Part shown: positions 20,194 through 30,721 of the stretch, piece after piece | How positions within the stretch are numbered: position 1 is the first letter of the stretch | Layout: the number at the start of each line of letters is the position of its first letter | Source: an uncultured virus (IMG/VR IMGVR_UViG_3300042881_003198) | Taxonomy: Duplodnaviria > Heunggongvirae > Uroviricota > Caudoviricetes | DNA length: 64,000 nt | IMG/VR virus record: IMGVR_UViG_3300042881_003198 | Location: 1-64,000 of that record | Strand: one strand, 5' to 3' | The notes under the pieces: generated by a model | The model's database searches: none | What the model was told of the DNA's origin: nothing | What the model saw: the letters and a program-made list of their open reading frames with translations, nothing else | Made by a program: the position numbers and the translations under genes

Positions 20194-21930
20194 TCAAGAA
20201 TAAAGAATAGTTTTTTTATCGGCAGGGGAGTGAATCATTCTTGCGGAAAAATCAAACTCACTATCAGGGTAATTCCCAGGTTTTGCAAAGCAAGAATGTA
20301 ATACATGAAAATCTTCAAAATTATCAATCCTATATCTATTTAAATGACTTTCATCATGCGCTGCTGCCATTACATTATTTTCCAAATCTTTTTTAATTCT
20401 TCCATCAAGTTCATCAATTAATTTAAAAATTTCTGGAATCTTACCTCCCCAAATACATCCTTGAAGATATATGTCATCTCTTTCATCCCCCACTTTTATA
20501 GATGATAAAGACTTTTCGTTTCTTTCAAATGGTAGTTGACCAATAAATTTACTCCAGTGAGTACTAAAAGTTGGATGCTGAACTCCAAAGAATGGTTTTT
20601 CATCATTAAAGAATTCTTCATAAGTGATTAGTTGATCACAGCAATACATATCTGCATCAAAGTATACATACCAATCATAATCCTTTAATTGGCTTTCAAT
20701 TTTTTTGATTTCTCCAAATCTTCTCAATCCACCAATACTATTATACATTAAATTATACCAATTATCTGAAGAATAATCTGATGTGGTAATTTCAATATTT
20801 TCAGATGATGGTATAATTTTAATATTGTCTGGAATGTCATCTCCAAGATCTCCATCTGTAAAAACAAAAAAATCTTTCTGACATTCTGGAACAAAATATT
20901 CCATAAGTGTTTCATAATATTTTGGGAAAAACTTTAAGTAATTTCCAGTACCTATAAAATTAATAGCAATTTTTTTCTTTGAATTATTATAATCAGTAAT
21001 TACTTTTTTAACCATTGGAATAAAATAAGATGTTAAAGTATGCTTCCAAGAAAATATTTTAGAATATTCTAAAATTTCTTCCCTATGTTGAACTGAATAA
21101 GTTCTATTTTTAATAATTTGTCTCTCTATATATTCTAAATCATCAATCTTATTTTCGGGAATTACTGTAATAAATTCTTTAGTTTGATCTAAGTTTGCTG
21201 TTGCATATTCACTTATAACTACACCCAATCCAGCAGCAAATGCTTCCATACAAACTAAAGGATGAGCTTCACCATCGGATAAAAGAATTAGATTTCCATA
21301 TTTAGTAAGATTTTCGTGTAAAATATTTTTATTCCATTCACCAAGATAATTTTTTGACTCATCAAATCTAGAATCCGCAATATTTCCTGCATACCATATA
21401 GAATCAATATTTTGAAATTTATATTGGCGTTTGCGATAATCTATTTTTGCTAAGTAAATACTACGATCAGGATACTCTGGATTTAAAGTAAATTCAAACG
21501 CATCTGTATTTACACCATTTGGAGTTACAAATAATCTATGACTCGGAATATCTGCTTTAGTTTTATAAACTTCTTTAATTGATTCGGATAAACAAAAAAC
21601 ATTGGGTTTAATATTTTCAAAGAGATTAAAGATATTAATATATCCACCCATCATTTCCGGTCTTTCTAGATAAGCAAAATGAGTAGTGCAAGCACAAGGA
21701 TAATTAATGTATGGATATAGACCAACCCAATCATCATAATTAATATGAACAAAATCGGGATTAAATCTATTGATTGTTTCTATAATTTTTATGGGATCAT
21801 TAATATTGACGATTTGAATCTCATGACCCATTTTTTCTAAAAATATTTTATAGTCCCATATCAAACTTTCGACTGCACCCCATCCTACTGGAGGTATTTG
21901 AGTATTTGGTCCAATGATACTTATTTTCAT
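20194..21930 (-). CDS. Two-domain glycosyltransferase: GT4-like N-terminus plus GT6-like C-terminus
   Basis: IPPVGWGAVE...EAHPLVCMEA (GT-B); IAINFIGTGNY...FVFTD...FDADM...HDESHLN (GT6 signature). Confidence 0.8.
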   Translation of the reverse strand: MKISIIGPNTQIPPVGWGAVESLIWDYKIFLEKMGHEIQIVNINDPIKIIETINRFNPDFVHINYDDWVGLYPYINYPCACTTHFAYLERPEMMGGYINIFNLFENIKPNVFCLSESIKEVYKTKADIPSHRLFVTPNGVNTDAFEFTLNPEYPDRSIYLAKIDYRKRQYKFQNIDSIWYAGNIADSRFDESKNYLGEWNKNILHENLTKYGNLILLSDGEAHPLVCMEAFAAGLGVVISEYATANLDQTKEFITVIPENKIDDLEYIERQIIKNRTYSVQHREEILEYSKIFSWKHTLTSYFIPMVKKVITDYNNSKKKIAINFIGTGNYLKFFPKYYETLMEYFVPECQKDFFVFTDGDLGDDIPDNIKIIPSSENIEITTSDYSSDNWYNLMYNSIGGLRRFGEIKKIESQLKDYDWYVYFDADMYCCDQLITYEEFFNDEKPFFGVQHPTFSTHWSKFIGQLPFERNEKSLSSIKVGDERDDIYLQGCIWGGKIPEIFKLIDELDGRIKKDLENNVMAAAHDESHLNRYRIDNFEDFHVLHSCFAKPGNYPDSEFDFSARMIHSPADKKTILYS

Positions 21931-21931
21931 A

Positions 21932-22894
21932 TTAACTTATTAATGATTGTAATTTTGAAATATATTCAATCTCAATAATTTTTTCTAAACTAAATTTTTC
22001 AATACCATACTTTCTAATTTGATCTCGGTGTTTTACAGAATATTTTTTATTTCTTGATATTACTTCAATAATGTAATCAATATCTTCAATTTTATTTTCA
22101 GGAATTACATCAATAAATTCTTCAGACAAATCAAGTTCCAGAGAAACAGACTCCGAAACTACAACACCCAAACCACAAATCAATGCCTCTTTAACTACAA
22201 GAGGCGTTGTATTTTCTGTAGAACTCAATAAAATAAAGTTTGAATATTTTGTAATTTCTTGGTTAAGTTTTTCTCTATCATACTCTCCTTTATAATTTTT
22301 AAGATTTGTAAATCTCCCACTTTCTCTCCTACCAACAAAATCAATATCTTCAATATTTTCAATTAGGTATTGGCGCTTACGATCACAAATTTGAGAAAAA
22401 CATAAAGTCTTATTATAAACCGGTGTTTCTTCATATGTATAAGATTCAACAGCAACACCAAGACGATTTAACCAACAATTAGATTCAACTGCACCATTCT
22501 CAACAAAAACATCAATATCATTTTGACTAGATGCAAAAATGTTAAACTCTTTATTTTTAGTATAAGATTCTACAATTGAATTATATCTATCATATTTCCA
22601 CATAGACTGATTGCCAATATACGGGTAATGACTAGATACGATTAATTTTCCATTATTTAATTCTAAAATTTGAGGAATAATATCATGAAAAACATCATAA
22701 TGTAGATGAATAACATCAAACTTATCTTGTTTTAGTTCTTCAATAATTTGATTTCTATCTGGTGTATTAATAATTACACCAGTATGCCCAAGTTCTCCTA
22801 GTATATTTGCATAATCCCAGATTAACATTTCAACTGCACCCCATCCAACTGGAGGGATAGACATAATTCCAGGTCCAATAAAAGCGATGTTCAT
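21932..22894 (-). CDS. GT4-like glycosyltransferase
   Basis: IPPVGWGAVE, ENTTPLVVKEALICG; paralogous to the N-half of 20194..21930. Confidence 0.75.
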   Translation of the reverse strand: MNIAFIGPGIMSIPPVGWGAVEMLIWDYANILGELGHTGVIINTPDRNQIIEELKQDKFDVIHLHYDVFHDIIPQILELNNGKLIVSSHYPYIGNQSMWKYDRYNSIVESYTKNKEFNIFASSQNDIDVFVENGAVESNCWLNRLGVAVESYTYEETPVYNKTLCFSQICDRKRQYLIENIEDIDFVGRRESGRFTNLKNYKGEYDREKLNQEITKYSNFILLSSTENTTPLVVKEALICGLGVVVSESVSLELDLSEEFIDVIPENKIEDIDYIIEVISRNKKYSVKHRDQIRKYGIEKFSLEKIIEIEYISKLQSLIS

Positions 22895-23787
22895 TTACAA
22901 TTACCTATCCATTCTTCAACTTTAATTTTTGGTTCCCATCCAAAAGTGTTTTTAAGTTTTTGATTGTCTGCAAGAGTCACCCTTGATTCGCCAGGACGTT
23001 CTGGAAGGTGAACAGTATGATCAGAAATCATTGCAGCAATCTCATTAACTGAGTGATTTCTTCCAGTTCCAACATTAAAAACTTGACCAAAAACTTCTGG
23101 ATTTGGATTTGAAATTGCTGCTAAAATATTTGCGTTAACCACGTCAGAAACGTGAGTAAAATCTCTGCGTTGATTACCATCCCCAACAATTGTGAGAGAT
23201 TCCCCAGCATCCCTTTGACGCATAAAAATACCAATTACAGGAGCATACTGCCCTTTAAGAGGTTGCCTTTCACCATAAACATTAAAATATCTAAAGCAAA
23301 TTGTAGGGAGATTAAAAAGATCTGTATACATTTTACACAGTTTTTCACCATTCACTTTAGATACTGAATATGGGTTCAAACAATCATCTGGTTGTGTCTC
23401 AACGTTTGGATGCGAATTCAATCCATAAGCAGATGATGTTGAAGAATACATTACACGCTTCACACCTGCCTCACGAGCACATTGAAGAACAGTCACAGTG
23501 CCTACTGAGTTAATACTAACTGCTTCTATAGGATTTTTAATTGCTGGTTGAATACGCGCTTCAGCAGCAAGATGAAACACATAATCTACACCATCATAAA
23601 GAGGGCGAGTATTTCCATAGTCACGAATATCATACTTATAGTTTTGCGCTTTATCATTCCAATAAAACTGATCGTGGACATCAGAAAATTCATTATCAAT
23701 TACAACTACTTCGTGTCCCATTTCTAGAAGACGATCAACTAGGTTAGAACCAATAAATCCCGCACCGCCAGTAACTAATGATTTCAT
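22891..23787 (-). CDS. NAD-dependent nucleotide-sugar epimerase/dehydratase
   Basis: VTGGAGFIGS, YSVSK, RYFNVYG, RRDFTHV. Confidence 0.9.
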   Translation of the reverse strand: MKSLVTGGAGFIGSNLVDRLLEMGHEVVVIDNEFSDVHDQFYWNDKAQNYKYDIRDYGNTRPLYDGVDYVFHLAAEARIQPAIKNPIEAVSINSVGTVTVLQCAREAGVKRVMYSSTSSAYGLNSHPNVETQPDDCLNPYSVSKVNGEKLCKMYTDLFNLPTICFRYFNVYGERQPLKGQYAPVIGIFMRQRDAGESLTIVGDGNQRRDFTHVSDVVNANILAAISNPNPEVFGQVFNVGTGRNHSVNEIAAMISDHTVHLPERPGESRVTLADNQKLKNTFGWEPKIKVEEWIGNCK

Positions 23788-23795
23788 ATTAATTA

Positions 23796-24527
23796 TTACC
23801 CATTTGAATACATAAAAGACCTTTCATTTTTTGTAGATACATAAGATTCGTCATTATCCCCCAAAGTTTTAGCAACTGGAATTTGATTATGGTAAACATG
23901 AAATCCCAGAAGAACCTCTGGGTTAAATTCTACACCCATCCCATAGTATTTGTCAAGATGGTGAATAACATCAGAATACATATTCATATTATCACTATTT
24001 GATAATGCAATATGATCGTTGATTGCATATTCCGTATGCTTACAATCATTTTTTGTATTCAAATATTTTAAATTAAAATTTTTAACATCATATTTTTTAT
24101 TAAAAATATAATCAAATCTACACTTCAAAACGGCATCATATTTGAAGTTATTTTTTATTTCATATTCAACTTTTAAATTATTACATTGATTTAAAGAGTA
24201 AAACATTGATTGAATATTTTGAGATGGATTTCTATTAAATCTAGGATGATAGCAACCCCAATGAGCGGAATCTGGATATTGTTTTTCAAACTGTATTGGA
24301 TTTTCAATTTTGTAGTGAACTGGATTTAGAGTAGTGATGATATAGTCAAACAAATCATCAGTATAAACATCAGATGGTGCATCATCTCTAAATGGAACTC
24401 CTTCTACACCCCACCAACTATGAAAAAAGAAATCAACGTTTTGTTCGCATGACCACGATTCTTTAATATTCTCCAAACTATTTTTTACATCCCTTGGTTG
24501 ACCAGATAAACAAACTGCTAATTTCAT
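23796..24527 (-). CDS. Putative glycan-modifying protein (paralog family 1 of 3)
   Basis: AVCLSGQPR...HSW...SMFYS...YDAVLKCRFD...IND. Confidence 0.55.
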   Translation of the reverse strand: MKLAVCLSGQPRDVKNSLENIKESWSCEQNVDFFFHSWWGVEGVPFRDDAPSDVYTDDLFDYIITTLNPVHYKIENPIQFEKQYPDSAHWGCYHPRFNRNPSQNIQSMFYSLNQCNNLKVEYEIKNNFKYDAVLKCRFDYIFNKKYDVKNFNLKYLNTKNDCKHTEYAINDHIALSNSDNMNMYSDVIHHLDKYYGMGVEFNPEVLLGFHVYHNQIPVAKTLGDNDESYVSTKNERSFMYSNG

Positions 24528-25489
24528 AACACTTTTAAAAGACTTTGGGCTCGATTGACATAAGTATGATATTCTTTAATGTAGTTAACACTTTGCTTAA
24601 TAAACTCATAATCATCCTTTCTTTCCATCGCGGCATAAAATAACTCCGTTGGAGATTCTTTATATAAGCAATATTCGTCAAGTTCTTTATATGCCTCATA
24701 GCAGTTAGTCATTCCAAGATGACCATAACTCATATTTTTATATAATCTGCAAGAAATTCTTCCCCATTCTACATCAGCTTGGCATCTAATATCAAATCCC
24801 AACAATGACTCTTTCGAAAGGCGAATATAATCCTCCTCAGATAATTGGTTTGCAGAAAAATTGTTTAAAACAAATTCAATATTATTTTTTCTACATTCAT
24901 TTGCAAACTCTTCAATCAAATGAATATTAGAGTATCTTCCATCATTTGATATTGAACCAAGGAAATAAACATTGTTACTTCTAGGATAATAAACATCATT
25001 TTCATCTATCTCGTTTGGCATTAAATTTGTCGCCCAACCAATATAGACTTTATCAAAATCATCAATTCTATAATTTACTCTACCATTTTTAAAATCAATA
25101 ACTTGATTAGTAGATGGTTCATAATAACATCCCTTGTCCATTTTTGTTTTTTCTTTATCAAGTTCATAAACATAATTGGGATGATCAATCTTTTTGAGAT
25201 TATATCTCATATCAACAAACTTACGGACATTGCCAACATATTTCGCTGGGTTATAAGCACAATGAACAAAATAAGTAGAAGTCTTATCTAAAGGAATTTC
25301 TGAATCATCATATCCCTCTGCAATAAAAATACAATTAGAAAAATCAAAATTTTCTATTTTTTCATTTGGAAACCAGTAAACATCATGACCCAAATACTTA
25401 AATGCATTATAAAAAGAATTCCAAACGTAACTGATTGTATTTTTCAAAACTCCATTTTCAGGATAAAAACCCCAGATAATAATTTTCAT
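24524..25489 (-). CDS. Hypothetical protein, possibly glycosyltransferase-like
   Basis: AFKYLGHDV, CRLYKNMSYG, HTYVNR; located in the glycan island. Confidence 0.5.
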   Translation of the reverse strand: MKIIIWGFYPENGVLKNTISYVWNSFYNAFKYLGHDVYWFPNEKIENFDFSNCIFIAEGYDDSEIPLDKTSTYFVHCAYNPAKYVGNVRKFVDMRYNLKKIDHPNYVYELDKEKTKMDKGCYYEPSTNQVIDFKNGRVNYRIDDFDKVYIGWATNLMPNEIDENDVYYPRSNNVYFLGSISNDGRYSNIHLIEEFANECRKNNIEFVLNNFSANQLSEEDYIRLSKESLLGFDIRCQADVEWGRISCRLYKNMSYGHLGMTNCYEAYKELDEYCLYKESPTELFYAAMERKDDYEFIKQSVNYIKEYHTYVNRAQSLLKVL

Positions 25490-26223
25490 CTTTTAATCTC
25501 CAAAAAATTTTTAGTATTTTTATAACTACAAATTGATGTAGTGGTTATATTAAATTGATAATGTTGAATATTATATGGTTTTCCAACATTTTCTATAAGT
25601 TTATGCATATGTATAATTCCATCTTTATAATGTTCTTCCACATTTGCTAAGTCATAAAAGAAATTAACTTGACTAGTTGGAACAATAAAAAACCAATCAG
25701 CATAATGTCTATCCCAACCAGCTTCATATCCATCTTGACAAAGAATATGATCCGATTCTAACTGACTGAAATTTAATTCAGTACCAAAAATATTATCAGT
25801 TCTAATTCTTACAATAAACTCGTATTCATTAGGATCAACTAATTTAACACAATCCAAAATTCCTTGATACTGACATTTAGATCTATAAAATTGACTTCTA
25901 CTTTTCTCAATTGTTTCAAAAACCATATCTGGTTCAGCAGATAATTTATTGTAAAATGAAGTGTCAAAATTATATGGTTGAATTACTTTTACATCTTTAA
26001 GATTTAATGGAGAATATAATTCAATGAATTCACTCAATTCATTTTTTTCGTACTTGTCTGTAAATTCATGATGTATTAAAGTATTCTGCCAATCATCATT
26101 CCATTGAAAATTAGCATAAACATCATATTCACCCAACCCATCTAAAAAATTTTTTTTAATACTATCCAAACACTCTCTCACGAATCTTGGATATCCCGAA
26201 AAACAAACTGCGAATTTTTTCAT
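25486..26223 (-). CDS. Putative glycan-modifying protein (paralog family 2 of 3)
   Basis: AVCFSGYPR...YEFIVRIRTD...ADWF. Confidence 0.55.
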   Translation of the reverse strand: MKKFAVCFSGYPRFVRECLDSIKKNFLDGLGEYDVYANFQWNDDWQNTLIHHEFTDKYEKNELSEFIELYSPLNLKDVKVIQPYNFDTSFYNKLSAEPDMVFETIEKSRSQFYRSKCQYQGILDCVKLVDPNEYEFIVRIRTDNIFGTELNFSQLESDHILCQDGYEAGWDRHYADWFFIVPTSQVNFFYDLANVEEHYKDGIIHMHKLIENVGKPYNIQHYQFNITTTSICSYKNTKNFLEIKR

Positions 26224-27140
26224 ATTTTAAACTCACTATTCCACCACTCTTGAAACTGTTGCGGATTTAAGGGTATTCTCTCCTCAATATTTAATATAGT
26301 TTTATTTGACTTCATATATTCTACTATATTATTATCAATTAATGTTTTCCTACCTCCACGAATAATACCATCTTGACCTTTAATTTTTTCCATTCTGATA
26401 ACTCTATCACCAAAAGTATATTTGGGAAATTCTGGAATTATCTTTCCATCAAAAATATACTTATAAACTAACGCATTTAATACATCTTGATCTCCACAAT
26501 AGTTTTTCGCATAAACGTCTCTATTATCATCTGGTGTTTTTTGAATTAATTTTTTATCTAAACACAAATTTAGATAATCTTGAATAAACTGCTTAGATGA
26601 ATTAGTATTTCTAACTAAAATTCTAGCCGCATTTATGAGTCTAGAATTAGAAGCTAAGCGGCATTCATTTTCATTAGATATAACTTGAGAAAGAGTATAT
26701 TGTTTAACATGCTCTTTCACTAAAGTTGGATCTCTTTCTATCTGAACCCAAAAGTCAGATTGGTTTTCCTCCAATAGATTTTCACAAATAGAAGAAATGT
26801 TTTTCCAGTCTGTATCAAAGTAATGTGGATTCTTTTTAAAATTACCATCATGATATAAAACAAGACTTCCCTCTGGAACTTTTGTTAAAACATGTTGAAT
26901 TAAAAATGGTTTAAAGTCAAAATATCCGATATGATTTGCATTTGGATTATTATCAAGAGGTTCTAGAAAAGAATTGCAAACTTCTTCACTACCAGGAATT
27001 TGTTTTAAAGTTCTTTTTGTAAAAATAAATACCTCTTCAAAAAAATCCGAAAGTTTCTCTTTAATTTTATTTCCAGTTTCTGTTAAATCGAAACCTCCAT
27101 CATACGGGTATCCTTCAGTAATAAAAGTAATAAAATACAT
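26220..27140 (-). CDS. Hypothetical glycosyltransferase-like protein
   Basis: YFDFKPFLI, LYHDG and GDQDVLN motifs. Confidence 0.5.
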   Translation of the reverse strand: MYFITFITEGYPYDGGFDLTETGNKIKEKLSDFFEEVFIFTKRTLKQIPGSEEVCNSFLEPLDNNPNANHIGYFDFKPFLIQHVLTKVPEGSLVLYHDGNFKKNPHYFDTDWKNISSICENLLEENQSDFWVQIERDPTLVKEHVKQYTLSQVISNENECRLASNSRLINAARILVRNTNSSKQFIQDYLNLCLDKKLIQKTPDDNRDVYAKNYCGDQDVLNALVYKYIFDGKIIPEFPKYTFGDRVIRMEKIKGQDGIIRGGRKTLIDNNIVEYMKSNKTILNIEERIPLNPQQFQEWWNSEFKI

Positions 27141-27881
27141 TTAAAATCTTGGTAACGTTATATGAATTGGGTGTGGTTGAATATTAATATTAAAACAATC
27201 AATCATCTTTCTATGTAGCAACTCCGGACAAAATGCCATATCATTTTCTTTCAAACATTTATCCATAACAAGATCAAAAACAGGAAACAAACTCATAAAG
27301 GCATCCATAACCTTAGACCCACCAAAATCAAACCAGTCATTAATCATACCATCTGGTTGATTTGACAAACCAGAGAAATTAATGACATTTTGATCATAGT
27401 TTTCATAATTTATTTTAGTGTGTAAAATTGTGTCTGTTCTACATCTAACAACCCAGTCATATTTAAATCCATTTGCATATTCATGTACCTTTTTCAAGTT
27501 ATTAACTTGATTCAATCCATAAAAATAAGAGAGAGTATTATTAATAATTCTGTTTCTAAATTCTAATCCTGGTTCACCCCAAGTCCAATATCTTTTAAAA
27601 GAAGTTTCAAAATGAATTTGATCATCAATAAATTTTTTACTAGGTTCAATAATATAAGAAACTGGTTTATATATTTTCAATAGATCATCAACAGCATTGG
27701 ACTTAAGTCTTTGACTAGACCAATTACCCTCATGCTTATATGGATTATTCAAAAGTTCTTCATCAAACCATATATGAGCAAATACATCAACTTGATACCC
27801 CCGACAAGCATTGGCAATAATATAAGGTGCAACCTCGTCAACAAATCTTGGTTGACCGGATAAACATAAAGCAACTCTCAT
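27141..27881 (-). CDS. Putative glycan-modifying protein (paralog family 3 of 3)
   Basis: ALCLSGQPR...HIW...YDWVVRCRTD...INDWF. Confidence 0.55.
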   Translation of the reverse strand: MRVALCLSGQPRFVDEVAPYIIANACRGYQVDVFAHIWFDEELLNNPYKHEGNWSSQRLKSNAVDDLLKIYKPVSYIIEPSKKFIDDQIHFETSFKRYWTWGEPGLEFRNRIINNTLSYFYGLNQVNNLKKVHEYANGFKYDWVVRCRTDTILHTKINYENYDQNVINFSGLSNQPDGMINDWFDFGGSKVMDAFMSLFPVFDLVMDKCLKENDMAFCPELLHRKMIDCFNINIQPHPIHITLPRF

Positions 27882-28870
27882 ATTACAATCTCTTTGGCAA
27901 CTTTTTTTACAAGACTTTCAATATCCAAATTAGGTTCCCACCCCAATAAATCTTTTGCTTTTTGATAGGACCCTTTAGAAGGTCTAGTAGTCTCTGTAGA
28001 AACCACTTCTTTATTCAATGGATAACCACCGTCAAATAATTGTGGATATCTACTCCATAGTTCTTGTGGTGGTTTATATGATAACCCAATGTGTTCGCAT
28101 TCCAAAGATTCTGCAACCCACTGACCCATTTGATTTACACTTATTACCTGTCCTGTACAAACATTAAATGTATCATTTGGTTGTTTATCTAAGCAAATAT
28201 CTAACATAGAAACAACATCATTTACCCATATAAAATCTCTAGTTTGAGTTCCATCTCCACTCAGTTGTGGCGAAATTCCTTTTTTAAATTCACGAACTAA
28301 GAAATTAATTAAAGGTGGATGAAGGCGAGTGTGATCTCCATCTGGACCAAAGACATTAAAAAATCTTAGAGTAGTAACTTTAAGATTATAATTTTCCCTA
28401 TACGAATTTACCAAATCTTCAGCCATCTTTTTTGATAGGCAATAGTAAAGAGTTGGGTTAATTTCTAAATCTTCGGTAAAAATTTCGGCATTTGAATTTT
28501 CATAAACAGCACTAGTACTTGCAAAAATTACATGCGGAATATTATTTCTTCTTGCAAATTCTAAAACATTACTTGTTCCACCAACATTAATTGATATTGT
28601 TTCATATGGGTTATTTTCACAATCTGGTAAAGAAGTAATAGCAGCTAAATGAATAATACAATCATAATGTTGGGAACATGTATCAAAAAAATCCTGTGTT
28701 GTAATATCTACTTTTACAAAAGGTGCAATTAATTTATTTTTAGATATTAAGTTTGTTTTATGCCCATTTCTTAAATTATCAACTAACACCAATTGATGAT
28801 TTTTTTTTATAAGTAACTTTGCCAATCCAGATCCAATTTGCCCAGCAGCACCAGTAATTAATATTTTCAT
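27878..28870 (-). CDS. NAD-dependent epimerase/dehydratase
   Basis: ITGAAGQIGS, YCLSK, RFFNVFG. Confidence 0.88.
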   Translation of the reverse strand: MKILITGAAGQIGSGLAKLLIKKNHQLVLVDNLRNGHKTNLISKNKLIAPFVKVDITTQDFFDTCSQHYDCIIHLAAITSLPDCENNPYETISINVGGTSNVLEFARRNNIPHVIFASTSAVYENSNAEIFTEDLEINPTLYYCLSKKMAEDLVNSYRENYNLKVTTLRFFNVFGPDGDHTRLHPPLINFLVREFKKGISPQLSGDGTQTRDFIWVNDVVSMLDICLDKQPNDTFNVCTGQVISVNQMGQWVAESLECEHIGLSYKPPQELWSRYPQLFDGGYPLNKEVVSTETTRPSKGSYQKAKDLLGWEPNLDIESLVKKVAKEIVI

Positions 28871-29925
28871 TTAAAATACTCTCTCAATTGATTAGAGTTT
28901 CTAGTAATATTAATTGCAGAACAAGATGGATATGGATTACTTTTTGCAAAATCATTAATTAAAATTCTTTGACAGTGCGGCAGTCCCATAATTAAATGAT
29001 CATATGGAATGCCCTTACTTTCCATCTCCAAAACAGTAACATCTTTAAGATATTCTGGTCTACTAGTAGTAAGAACTATTTTAACTTTTCCAGACTGATG
29101 TAACTCTCTTAAAAAATCTATATTTTCTTGAATACTAATTCCTGACCCAACATATGGTGGAAAATGAATTGAAGAATTAGTAACGAGTGTTCCATCGATA
29201 TCTACAAACAAACACTTATATTGACTTTTATATAAGTTCCAAGATTCTATGGTTCCCCAGTCTTTAAAGTTAGATGTTTTAATTCCATAAAAAAGAGATC
29301 CTGACAAAATCATATCAAAAATAATATGACTAATATAACACTCTTCTTCAGTATCCATAAATTTTTCATAAGTTTTGCAAAATTCTGATGCTGATGAAAA
29401 CCCATACCCACCGACAGAAAAAGTAGAACTGATTACTTTTTTTTCTACAATATTTGTAATAATACCATTAATATCAAATTCAATATAACTCTTTGTTCTA
29501 GCATTAATATTATCCATATCATTTAAATCAAAAAATGCAGCTTGATTATTTTCAGTTTCAATATTGCATTGATAATATCCATCAGAATCTTTTATGAAAA
29601 TAAATCCATCTATATTATTTTGAATTAAAAAATTATAAACTGTTTCTGATTGAGATTTTGTTTGTTTTTTTAAAAAAGATATTTCAGTTTTATTTTGTAG
29701 ATTTAAAGATTCAATTTCTTTTTGAAATCCATAAGAAAAAGAATATTGCTCTTCGTGCTCCTCTAAGCAAATGAAATATATTTTATCAAAGAAATCTAAA
29801 TTTAATCCTAAAATAGATTCTATTGCCATAAAGCGATTAGACATTGGATGCGTTAACATCCACTTAGGTCTCATATTGGGAAATCTACTTGATTTCCCTG
29901 CCATAGGTATTACTAAACTTCTCAT
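28867..29925 (-). CDS. Nucleotidyltransferase-like domain fused to a HAD-like phosphatase
   Basis: IPMAGKSSRF...PKW N-terminus; FVDIDGTL...LTTSR...IND C-terminus. Confidence 0.75.
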   Translation of the reverse strand: MRSLVIPMAGKSSRFPNMRPKWMLTHPMSNRFMAIESILGLNLDFFDKIYFICLEEHEEQYSFSYGFQKEIESLNLQNKTEISFLKKQTKSQSETVYNFLIQNNIDGFIFIKDSDGYYQCNIETENNQAAFFDLNDMDNINARTKSYIEFDINGIITNIVEKKVISSTFSVGGYGFSSASEFCKTYEKFMDTEEECYISHIIFDMILSGSLFYGIKTSNFKDWGTIESWNLYKSQYKCLFVDIDGTLVTNSSIHFPPYVGSGISIQENIDFLRELHQSGKVKIVLTTSRPEYLKDVTVLEMESKGIPYDHLIMGLPHCQRILINDFAKSNPYPSCSAINITRNSNQLREYFK

Positions 29926-30721
29926 ATAATTTTGTAGTTTTTATTATTTGATTAAGTATACTTCTTTGATATTGATTAGTCAAGTATGGTTCTAATCTTA
30001 GGAGATTAAGAGCATCCAGAATATCAAAATTTATATGATTAATATATCTAAAATATTTGTCTTCAATTTCTTTCCAAATATAAGTATAAACTTGATGGAT
30101 TCTTATACATTTTTTATTTTCAATAGAAATTCCCCAAGAGTAAAATAAATCTTGTTTTAATTTAATTAAATCGCACAAAAAACTATCAATATATGAATCC
30201 AAAAAGTCTATGAAAAACAATCTTTTTTTATGAAAAATAATATTATTAAATGTCAAATCTCCATGACAAAAAGTTTTTGGAATGATAATCTTTTCTTTTA
30301 TCACATAATTTTCCAAGTAATTTAGATACTCTTTATAAGCAGTTTTTTCTTTTAGTATTTTTATTTTTTTTAAAATACTATTTTGAACATTAGTTGTTTT
30401 ATAATTTCCAATTAATGTATCAAAATATTCAAATAAAGTTTCTAAAACGAATTTTATATCGAAATTATTAGCAACTGAAAAATACTCAGAAAAACATTTT
30501 CCATGTATATACTCCATATCAAAATAATATAAACTATCTTGATTAATATTTAAAATTTTTGGAGTATTGATATTTTTAAAAATTAAATTTGAAAATAAAT
30601 TTTGCTTATCTATTTGCAATATCAATCTAGAATTATAATTTATGGATGGTGAAGATTTTCTTACTATTTTATTATCTAAAAGTTGTATTTTACACCCAGA
30701 TAATCCTGAAGAAAAATTCAT
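29885..30721 (-). CDS. APH/choline-kinase-like phosphotransferase
   Basis: MEYIHG, HGDLTFNNI, IDF. Confidence 0.75.
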   Translation of the reverse strand: MNFSSGLSGCKIQLLDNKIVRKSSPSINYNSRLILQIDKQNLFSNLIFKNINTPKILNINQDSLYYFDMEYIHGKCFSEYFSVANNFDIKFVLETLFEYFDTLIGNYKTTNVQNSILKKIKILKEKTAYKEYLNYLENYVIKEKIIIPKTFCHGDLTFNNIIFHKKRLFFIDFLDSYIDSFLCDLIKLKQDLFYSWGISIENKKCIRIHQVYTYIWKEIEDKYFRYINHINFDILDALNLLRLEPYLTNQYQRSILNQIIKTTKLYEKFSNTYGREIK

